Source of the DNA: an uncultured Barnesiella sp.
GTDB taxonomy: Bacteria; Bacteroidota; Bacteroidia; Bacteroidales; Barnesiellaceae_A
Direction of reading: 5' to 3'
Assembly (NCBI GenBank): GCA_944321085.1
Contig: CALUJY010000006.1
Coordinates: forward strand, 103,193 to 167,192
DNA length: 64,000 nucleotides
Under the pieces are notes generated by a model, which ran no database searches, was not told the DNA's origin, and was given only the letters and a program-made list of their open reading frames with translations. Positions 57,150 through 64,000 of the stretch are shown here, in pieces (position 1 is the stretch's first letter; the number at the start of each line of letters is the position of its first letter). A program made the position numbers and the translations under genes.

Positions 57150-60068
57150 ATGGAAACAAAAAGACTTTTTGTAGTTGTAGCGTTGTTGTCGCTCTTCTCT
57201 TCTGCCTTCTGGGCTGCTGCCGAGGGACTGAGTGCATTCAAGCTGCACAATGGTGCTACGGTGTACATCTGGGAAGACAAGTCGCAGCCCGATGTATATG
57301 GTATGGTTACTTTCAATGTCGGTGCAATCGACGACCCCACCGAGTATACCGGTTTGGCGCATTATCTCGAACATGTGATGTTTAAAGGTACGCAGACGAT
57401 AGGTGCGCTCGATTGGGCGAAAGAAAAACCGTTGTATGAGCAGATTATTACTAAATATGACGAGATGGCCGAGGCTGTCGACCAGCCTACCAAAGATGCT
57501 ATCGGTCTTGAAATCAACAAGCTCTCGGTAGAGGCGGCTCAGTATGCTGCTGCCAATGAGTTGTCGCTCCTCGTCGATGGCATGGGCGGTCAGAGCCTGA
57601 ATGCCGGTACGGGTTGGGACCAAACATCATATTATAATACCTTCCCTCCCACGCAGCTCGAAAAGTGGCTCGAACTGTATAGCGAGCGTTTTATCGACCC
57701 GGTTTTCCGCGGATTCCAAACAGAGCTCGAAGCCGTTTACGAAGAGTATAATATGTATAAAGACAACATGGGTTCAAACCTTTCGGAGTTTCTTTTCTCG
57801 AAGGCTTTCGAGGGTACGCCCTATGCCCGTCCTATCATAGGTCTTCCCGAGCACCTCAAAAATCCTCGTTTGAGCCGTCTCATCGATTTCTACAATACAT
57901 GGTATGGACCTGAAAATATGGCTATCATCCTTGTGGGTAATGTCGATGCGCAGACAGCCATACCGCTGATTAAACAGAAGTTCGAACGTTTGCCGCGACG
58001 CGAGGCACGTCCTCATGCAACCATGGACCGCACTCTGTTCAAGGGGCGCAAGGAGTTGTCGGAGAAACTCTATTATCGTCCTTTCCTTGTGATGATGTAC
58101 AACGGTGCACCCTCCAATTCGCAAGATGAAATAGCCCTTTCGGTATGCGCTTCTTTGCTCACCAACAATCAGGAGAGCGGTTTGCTCGACAAATTGTCGG
58201 TCGATGGCGATATTATGGGCGCATCGGTCAGCCCTGTTTCGTTCCGTAACGCCGGTATTCTGATGGTACAAGCATTCCCCTCATACGATGCCGGACAGCG
58301 CCGCTACGACAGCAACAAGTCGGTAGAGAAAAAAATCCTCCACGAGATAGACCGTTTGCGTAACGGCGAGTTCACCGCCGAGCAGTTAGAGGCTGTCAAG
58401 CAAGCGATGATTCGCGAATATGATATGAGCATGGAGTCGAGCGAGTTCAAGGCCATGATGTTGGCTTCGTTGTTCAATACCGGTAGCAATCCCGCCGATA
58501 TAGTGACCTATCGCGACCGCGTTGCAGCCATCACGGCCGACGACGTGAAAGCCGTAGTCGACAAATATTTGACGCTCAATTATTTGGTAGTCAATGTACA
58601 AGAGCTGCGGGGCGACCGCAAGTCTGAGAAGCTCGACAAGGTTACCAAGCCCGGATACCAGCCCGTAGAGGCAGTGAAAGGAGTGAAGAGTGCCTATGCA
58701 CAGTACCTCGAATCGATTCCCGTACCGGCTCCTGTTCCCGAGTATTGCGATTTCGCTTCGGTACAAGAGGCCAAAGTAAATACTCGCAGCAAACTTTCAT
58801 ACACACATAATCCGCAAAACGACGTATTCAGCCTTACGCTCCGTTATGGCGTGGGTAAGCGTCGCATGCCGTTGCTCGAATATGCCGTACCTCTTATGAA
58901 CGATGCCGGTATCATGGCATTCCTCGCTCCGCACGACTTCAAGCAAGCTATGGCGCGCATCAATGCCACCTGTCACTATTCGGTCAACGATGACTATATG
59001 ACGGTGACCCTGTATGGCGATGAGCGTTCTTTGCAGCAAGCCTGCCAGCTTTTGCAACGTCAGATTCTCATGCCCCAGCTCGATGAGAAGCAGTTGCAAT
59101 CGATTATCGGTTCGGAATACAGTTCGCGCATGATGGAAAAAGAGAGTGTCGAGTCGCAGCAACAGGCAACGTTGCAGTATCTTCTGTATGGCGATAACTC
59201 AGACCTTATCACCCGCAAGCCGCTCAAAGATGTTATTTTCCTTACCATAGCCGACCTTACCAAGGCATTCCAAGATGCCACGAAGTATGAGTTTACGGCA
59301 CATTACGTAGGTACGATACCCTTCGAACAAGTGACTGACATATTGAGCCGCAATCTGCCCCTTATGGAAGATGAGGCGCCGTCGCTTTCGCCCGAAGTAG
59401 AAGACCGTGTACAGTATGCCGAGAATACTATCTATTTCCTCCCCAACGACAAGGCAAAACAAAGCAACATATATTTCCTTATCGAGGGTAAGCCTTACGA
59501 CATTCAGGATGATGTACTGCTCGAAGCCTTCTCGTCTTATTTCGGTGCAGGATTCGGAAGTCTTGTTGTCGATGAAATCCGCGAGAAACGCGCCATGGCC
59601 TATTCGTCGTATGGTGTTATACAGACACCGCAACTCGCAGGTAAAAACTGGTGCTTCTTTGGCTATGTAGGTACACAGAGCGATAAGACGGTCGATGCCT
59701 TAGACGTATATATGGGATTGCTTGCCGATATGCCCGAGGCACGCGAGCACTTCGACGTGGTAAAAGCCAACATGCGTGAGTCGGTACTCAGTCATAAGCC
59801 CGACTTCCGTTCGCGCAGCCTCGTATTTGAGCATTGGAAACGCCTCGGTTATACCCAAGACCCTGCCATCGACGATATGAAGCGTATCGACGCCCTTACA
59901 TTCGACGATATAGTACGTTTCTATCAGGAAAATATCAAGGGAAAACCGGTGGCCATTGCTATTGTGGGTGACCCCAAGAGCTTCGATGTGAAGGCGTTGG
60001 AGAAATATGGCAAAGTTGTCAAGTTGCAACGCTCGAAGCTCTATTCCGATGATTCGCTCGATTTCTAA
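57150..60068 (+). CDS. M16-family (pitrilysin/insulinase-like) zinc peptidase, secreted, double-length
   Basis: 972 aa with a signal peptide and the inverted zinc motif HxxEH (GLAHYLEHVMFKGT). Its size is consistent with fused active and inactive M16 halves. Confidence 0.9.
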   Translation: METKRLFVVVALLSLFSSAFWAAAEGLSAFKLHNGATVYIWEDKSQPDVYGMVTFNVGAIDDPTEYTGLAHYLEHVMFKGTQTIGALDWAKEKPLYEQIITKYDEMAEAVDQPTKDAIGLEINKLSVEAAQYAAANELSLLVDGMGGQSLNAGTGWDQTSYYNTFPPTQLEKWLELYSERFIDPVFRGFQTELEAVYEEYNMYKDNMGSNLSEFLFSKAFEGTPYARPIIGLPEHLKNPRLSRLIDFYNTWYGPENMAIILVGNVDAQTAIPLIKQKFERLPRREARPHATMDRTLFKGRKELSEKLYYRPFLVMMYNGAPSNSQDEIALSVCASLLTNNQESGLLDKLSVDGDIMGASVSPVSFRNAGILMVQAFPSYDAGQRRYDSNKSVEKKILHEIDRLRNGEFTAEQLEAVKQAMIREYDMSMESSEFKAMMLASLFNTGSNPADIVTYRDRVAAITADDVKAVVDKYLTLNYLVVNVQELRGDRKSEKLDKVTKPGYQPVEAVKGVKSAYAQYLESIPVPAPVPEYCDFASVQEAKVNTRSKLSYTHNPQNDVFSLTLRYGVGKRRMPLLEYAVPLMNDAGIMAFLAPHDFKQAMARINATCHYSVNDDYMTVTLYGDERSLQQACQLLQRQILMPQLDEKQLQSIIGSEYSSRMMEKESVESQQQATLQYLLYGDNSDLITRKPLKDVIFLTIADLTKAFQDATKYEFTAHYVGTIPFEQVTDILSRNLPLMEDEAPSLSPEVEDRVQYAENTIYFLPNDKAKQSNIYFLIEGKPYDIQDDVLLEAFSSYFGAGFGSLVVDEIREKRAMAYSSYGVIQTPQLAGKNWCFFGYVGTQSDKTVDALDVYMGLLADMPEAREHFDVVKANMRESVLSHKPDFRSRSLVFEHWKRLGYTQDPAIDDMKRIDALTFDDIVRFYQENIKGKPVAIAIVGDPKSFDVKALEKYGKVVKLQRSKLYSDDSLDF

Positions 60069-60093
60069 TTGGTAGTCAGATAAGTTAAGTAGT

Positions 60094-60119
60094 GAGAGAC
60101 GGCCATGCGGCCGTCTCTC
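60094..60119 (+). terminator. Rho-independent terminator downstream of the M16 peptidase gene
   Basis: GAGAGACGGCC / GGCCGTCTCTC forms an 11-bp stem with an ATGC loop, followed by TTGTTTT. Confidence 0.8.
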
Positions 60120-60332
60120 TTGTTTTATATAACTTGTCGTATCAGTAGCCCGAGTGGTACTGTAATATGTTTTATATCTTGTAGTAGGTCGTAGGTAGCC
60201 GAGCGGTTTTGTAATATCTTGTTTTATATAACCTTGTTGCAGGTTATATCGGGAGCGGAATGTTTTTGCAATATCTTTTTTATATAATCTTGTTGCAAGC
60301 CATCAAGAGCCTGAGTGGTTCTGCCGTATAAT
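60119..60332. repeat. Four imperfect tandem units (49-58 nt) in a convergent intergenic region
   Basis: Each unit has the pattern (C)TTGTTTTATATAA..CTTGT..AG(C)C.GAG.GG..TG(T/C)AATAT. The units are 60119-60168, 60169-60217, 60218-60274 and 60275-60332. Confidence 0.75.
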
Positions 60333-60452
60333 GAGATAGGCGGTGATAGGGATTTTCGCGATATTGTAGAAAAATTCTATTCGATAGGTTGGGGGAGGTC
60401 AAGAGACGGTCGGATGTGTTATCGGTCGATGTACTCACTGCCGGACAAAAGA

Positions 60453-60489
60453 TTGCGATGCTGTGCTGAATTCAGCAACAGCATCGCAA
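60453..60489. repeat. 37-nt near-perfect palindrome
   Basis: TTGCGATGCTGTGCTGAA | TTCAGCAACAGCATCGCAA, with one extra A in the right arm. The right arm is the start of the 98/99-nt tandem repeat. Confidence 0.85.
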
Positions 60490-60673
60490 ATGTATCCTGT
60501 TATATAGAAATGCTTGTCTTAGTCGTTCTATTGCGACGATGCCCGAAAAGTCGGCTGGGAGGCTGGCATGACGTAACAGCATCGCACATGTATCCTGTTA
60601 TGTAGAAATGCTTGTCTTAGTCGTCCTGTTGCGACGGATGCCCGATAAGTCGGCTGGGAGGCCGGCTTGGTGT
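60477..60673. repeat. Two tandem ~98/99-nt direct repeats (~88-90% identical)
   Basis: Unit 1 is 60477-60574 and unit 2 is 60575-60673. Both start AACAGCATCGCA(A/C)ATGTATCCTGTTAT(A/G)TAGAAATGCTTGTCTTAGTCG and end ..GTCGGCTGGGAGGC. Within each unit, the 5' GCATCG is complementary to CGATGC about 55 nt downstream. Confidence 0.85.
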
Positions 60674-60684
60674 CGGTCGGTCGG

Positions 60685-61905
60685 TTATAGTTTCCTTTGC
60701 CAGAACCACATTTCGTTGAAAGTGATAGAGACTATCACGCTCAAATGGTCTTCGTTGAGCAGCTTGTTGGGCGAGCCGTTGCGGTGGCTGTATTCGAGCC
60801 CGATATTGAGCATCGATTTGTCGCTTCTGAACGGGAAGCCGAAGCCGCAGCTTATGCCGTATTCGTTCACGTGGTTGCCGCCTACCATGATGTACGATTG
60901 CTCGTAGTATCCGCCTATGCGGTATCGTATGTAGTCGAAATAGCTGGTCGATAACAGTTTAGGGCGGAATTCCAGTCCGGCGGCTATCTTCAAGCGGTTG
61001 CTCATCTGTTCATACGAGTCGGTGTTCGGATTGAAGAATTTAGCCCGTTCCCACAAGTCGTAGCGCACGTCTACGGCTGCTGTCAACCGTTTGTCGTAGA
61101 CATAGCTTATACCGGTTCCGAAGCCGTGCGGCATCGAGTAATACCCCTTCATATTGAGGTTGGTAGTGTCGCTGTTGGTGGCGAATGCCGCTGCCGTACC
61201 CAGCACCGGTTTGCCCAGCGTATATACGAAGCCCAATGTCACGTCGTGTTTCTTGGCAAAAGTGTGCATCAATTGTAAACCCGCTTGGAATCGGAAGTCC
61301 GACACCGTGAGTATCTTGTAGTAAGTACCGGCATCGGCATTTTCGGGATTGACTTCGACGGCATTTTGTATATCGCCGAAGATGTAACCGAAATTCACTC
61401 CCAGCGAAACCCAATCCCACGGCTCGTATGCCACACCGGCAAAGGCTTGTGAGATACCCCCTTCGCCTATACGGGTGTAACTGCCGTTGCTTATGTAGTT
61501 GCCGTAAGTATATTGCACGTGTGTGAGCGGAGTAAGTCCTGCGCTGGCGGCGACACGTTTCCCGAGCGGGAATTGCATCAGTATATAGTTGAGGCCGCCG
61601 CCCTGGCCATTGGAGCTTGCGCCAGTTTCGTTATACCAGCTTGCTTTGTAATCGGCCGAGAAGTCAAACATAAACGTCAGCGAGTCTATTGCCGTGTATG
61701 ACGCCGGGTTCATTACATTTATCTGCAAGTTGTTGCGCATGCCTATACCTGTGCCGCCCATAGAACGTTGCGCTCCTGTGGCGTTGTCATCGAGCGTTCC
61801 GTAACCATATTGAGAATAGGGCGTTTGTGCGGTCGCGGCAGGAAACGAGAGGCACGACATCGCAACGATAGCGAAGAGTATCGCGGTGAATTTATATTTC
61901 GACAT
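60685..61905 (-). CDS. Outer-membrane beta-barrel protein, uncharacterised family
   Basis: 406 aa with a signal peptide (..SFPAATAQ), an N-terminal TPYSQYGYGTL motif, alternating beta-strand periodicity and a C-terminal F/W-rich strand. It overlaps the coaX stop by 14 nt. Confidence 0.75.
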   Translation of the reverse strand: MSKYKFTAILFAIVAMSCLSFPAATAQTPYSQYGYGTLDDNATGAQRSMGGTGIGMRNNLQINVMNPASYTAIDSLTFMFDFSADYKASWYNETGASSNGQGGGLNYILMQFPLGKRVAASAGLTPLTHVQYTYGNYISNGSYTRIGEGGISQAFAGVAYEPWDWVSLGVNFGYIFGDIQNAVEVNPENADAGTYYKILTVSDFRFQAGLQLMHTFAKKHDVTLGFVYTLGKPVLGTAAAFATNSDTTNLNMKGYYSMPHGFGTGISYVYDKRLTAAVDVRYDLWERAKFFNPNTDSYEQMSNRLKIAAGLEFRPKLLSTSYFDYIRYRIGGYYEQSYIMVGGNHVNEYGISCGFGFPFRSDKSMLNIGLEYSHRNGSPNKLLNEDHLSVIVSITFNEMWFWQRKL

Positions 61906-62689
61906 TGTATTCTAATATTCGGTTCAAACCTTTCGGGACTAAATTTCTATCCAGGAAGATAACCTCTGTACTCTCCCTGGTGGCGGGTACCTGCGGTATC
62001 TCTTCATTTTTAAGGGCAAAGATAACTCTTTTTGTCATTGCCGCCAAACGCTCGGCATCCCCTCCCGTTAAGAAAACCAAAAGTTCGTCGTAGCGTTTGC
62101 TGCATTCGTGTATGTAGCCCTCTATCTCGTAGGCGATGCCCTGCAATGAGCCCGAGCGCAGGGCGGTCTCGGTGTCGTATCCCCAGAGTGGGGTATCGCC
62201 CTGTGTGCCCACGAGAGGCAGGCGCCCCGTATGTTCGTGTAGCGATTGCAGCCGCAAGTCGGCGCCCGGGGCAATGTTGCCGCCCACGAAAATTCCATCG
62301 GCCGATAATAAATCGTATGTGATGGCAGTCCCGGCGTCTATAATCAGGATGTTTCGTTGCGGGAAAATAGTTTGTGCTCCTACGGCTGCGGCGATGCGGT
62401 CGTAGCCCAAGGTGTGTGGCGTGCGATAGCCTATGGCGATGGGAAGTAACGTCTTCTCGTCGAAGCATATCGCCTTTGCGGCGTGGGCTTGCAGCCACTC
62501 TTGCAGCGGCTTGTTGTAAGCCCCTCTTACCGAGCAGTACATCGTGGCCTCTATGGGGCAGTCTTTTACGAAGTTGCTTACAAATTGCACGGCGTCGTCG
62601 CTTTCACTTGCGGCGCCGGCTGTTGCTATCCCCTTTTCAAAGGTAGTCAGCTTTATAGAGCTGTTTCCTTGGTCTATTATAAGTCTCAT
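61892..62689 (-). CDS. coaX: Type III pantothenate kinase
   Basis: 265 aa with the N-terminal motif LIIDQGNSSIKL and an ASKHA-fold pattern (IDAGTAITYD). Confidence 0.93.
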   Translation of the reverse strand: MRLIIDQGNSSIKLTTFEKGIATAGAASESDDAVQFVSNFVKDCPIEATMYCSVRGAYNKPLQEWLQAHAAKAICFDEKTLLPIAIGYRTPHTLGYDRIAAAVGAQTIFPQRNILIIDAGTAITYDLLSADGIFVGGNIAPGADLRLQSLHEHTGRLPLVGTQGDTPLWGYDTETALRSGSLQGIAYEIEGYIHECSKRYDELLVFLTGGDAERLAAMTKRVIFALKNEEIPQVPATRESTEVIFLDRNLVPKGLNRILEYNVEI

Positions 62690-62697
62690 AACGCCTG

Positions 62698-62705
62698 CAA
62701 AGGTA
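62698..62705 (-). promoter_or_regulatory. -7 box TACCTTTG upstream of coaX
   Basis: Exact match on the minus strand, only 9 nt from the coaX ATG. This implies a very short or absent leader. Confidence 0.4.
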
Positions 62706-63195
62706 GTAACTATTTTGCCCCGAAATTGTGTGCTGCTCTCTTTTTTATATCAAATTGTTATATTATACCCCCAAAAGACCTATTTTGTTGTATTATCCTC
62801 ACAATTTGTCTCACGGATTTATTAAAAAATGCTTTATACCTACTTATTGTATGTTCTTCAACATATTTCTTGGTCATTAATGACGTTTTGGTAAGGCTTA
62901 TTTGTTAATACTAATTATTATTTTGTTAAAAAACGGCCTGTTTTAAGTTCTTTCTTGCCGATTTTTTCATTGGATTTTCAATCGTTAATCTTTATTAACT
63001 ATTTGTTTTTGTCATCTTTTCGAAATGTAATAATGCTGAAATATTAATTTTATATATCTGGTATTCAGCTTATTAGATATGTGCATCCGGAGGGTGCCCG
63101 CCCCCCTTCGGGGTACCCTGCCACTCTTATGCGGTTGGCTTCGATAAAAATATTACATTTTATCACATCCATGTATTTTTTTTATCGCTATTTCT

Positions 63196-63203
63196 TATCT
63201 TTG
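63196..63203 (+). promoter_or_regulatory. -7 box TATCTTTG upstream of the SusC-like gene
   Basis: Exact match about 250 nt upstream of the ATG at 63455. This implies a long 5' leader. Confidence 0.4.
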
Positions 63204-63454
63204 TAAATGCCATGCTGTGCTAAGCGAGGCAAGCCTCACGGCTTGGTCTGAGACGAAAGAAAAGGCATTCATGGCTTGCCGGTCGTGCTACTCCCCTGTG
63301 GGACTGTCTACGAAGACGGTAATAAAATGAAACCTCGGTTTTGCCGACAATAACCTAAACCTAGCCTCCCGCAGGCAGCCGGTATGAGAGAAGAGAATTG
63401 CTAATTAATAATGTATATTATCGCTTATTTAATGTTTTAACTAATTTCAGACGT

Positions 63455-64000
63455 ATGAGAAAACTAACAATGTTCTTGTGTGCCCTTTTCGTGGGAGTAG
63501 CGTCTGCGATGGCTCAAACCGCCATTACAGGTACGGTGCTTTCTGCCGACGACGATTCACCGATATACGGTGCATCTGTCCTCGTTAAGGGTACGAACGT
63601 ATCGGCTATTACGGATGCCGATGGACGCTTCTCTATCAAGTTGCCTGATGGCTCAAACACAGTCGTAGTTTCGTACATCGGTATGGAAAAAACCGAGGCT
63701 TTTGCCCGCAACGGCATGGTAGTAAAACTCTCTTCTACCACGACGCTCGATGAGGTTATCGTCGTTGGTTACGGTGTGCAAAGCCGTGAGGCAAAGACCG
63801 GTGCCGTAGTGCAAGTTTCCGGTGACGATTTGGCTTCTATTCCCGCCACTTCGGTCGACCAGATGCTGCAAGGTAAGATGGCTGGTGTGCAAATATCCAG
63901 CAATAACGGACAACCGGGTGCCGCCACAAGTATCCGTATCCGTGGTACGTCTTCTATCAACGCATCTAATGCGCCGTTGTATGTGGTCGATGGTGTCCCC
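63455..64000 (+). CDS. SusC/RagA-family TonB-dependent outer-membrane receptor (5' part; runs off window)
   Basis: The frame stays open from the ATG at 63455 to the window end (182 codons). It has a signal peptide and a carboxypeptidase-regulatory-like domain (ITGTVLSADDDSPIYGASVLVKGT..DGRFSI). The plug domain start is also visible (EVIVVGYG...IRIRGTSSINASNAPLYVVDGVP). Confidence 0.9.
   Translation, partial: MRKLTMFLCALFVGVASAMAQTAITGTVLSADDDSPIYGASVLVKGTNVSAITDADGRFSIKLPDGSNTVVVSYIGMEKTEAFARNGMVVKLSSTTTLDEVIVVGYGVQSREAKTGAVVQVSGDDLASIPATSVDQMLQGKMAGVQISSNNGQPGAATSIRIRGTSSINASNAPLYVVDGVP

Noticed and set aside
60510-60605. A 31-codon ORF (MLVLVVLLRRCPKSRLGGWHDVTASHMYPVM) inside the first ~98-nt repeat, with a related open frame starting in the second. 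Considered as a type I toxin-like peptide.
   Set aside because: The hydrophobic stretch is only about 8 residues, too short for a membrane helix. The second copy has no matching stop and runs antisense into the OM gene. There is no supporting signal, so RNA or DNA structure explains the conservation better.
60119-60673. Possible CRISPR array in the repeat-rich convergent intergenic region.
   Set aside because: The units are imperfect, of variable length and directly abutting, with no unique spacers. No cas genes or leader are present in the window.
63196-63454. Known riboswitch (TPP or cobalamin) in the SusC-like leader. The idea was prompted by GGTCTGAGA at 63246-63254 and CCTGCCACTC near 63116.
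   Set aside because: The other obligatory elements are absent. For TPP these are the ACCTGATCTGGATAATGCCAGCG-type pyrimidine sensor helix. For cobalamin they are the AGGGAA, GGTG..AATCC and GCCAGGAGACCTGCC B12-box elements. Only a generic long structured leader can be claimed.

Overview
This 64-kb chromosomal window looks like a Bacteroidales (Bacteroidota) genome. That assignment is an inference from T9SS C-terminal sorting tails, a SusC/RagA-type receptor, TAnnTTTG -7 promoter boxes, and the acpP-fabF-rnc and mreBCD-mrdA-rodA gene orders. I call about 47 protein genes, one tRNA-Pro(GGG) and one decayed paralog.

From about 16.3 to 62.7 kb the window is densely packed housekeeping: aroB, acpP/fabF/fabH, rnc, adk, hpt, nnr, rnhB, der, era, rpmF, fba, truA, speA, asnS, rluB, purB, purH, the mre/rod operon, an M16 peptidase and coaX.

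The left 16 kb is the only clearly accessory part. It holds a class A beta-lactamase, then three very large secreted proteins with T9SS C-terminal tails (a 2231-aa modular adhesin-like protein, an M6 metalloprotease, and an 854-aa seven-module protein), and a membrane-tethered TPR-LuxR regulator. This block ends at the 3' end of tRNA-Pro.

I found no CRISPR array, cas gene, integrase, transposase, phage gene, rRNA, or recognisable defence or toxin-antitoxin module. I do not see a convincing novel multi-gene system.

The observations most worth a second look are:
- an N/G/Y/R-rich, prion-like, tandem-repeat-encoded N-terminal extension on the RluB-type pseudouridine synthase;
- a 615-nt convergent intergenic region (60.07-60.68 kb) filled with two families of tandem repeats and a long palindrome;
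- a triplet of small outer-membrane barrel paralogs whose third copy is frameshifted at simple repeats;
- the cysteine-covarying repeat protein in the T9SS block;
- a 760-nt AT-rich intergenic region with a long leader upstream of the SusC-like gene.

Caveats: the ORF track uses TTG and GTG starts, so I trimmed several starts to downstream ATGs. Non-CDS coordinates were hand-counted and may be off by 1-2 nt.
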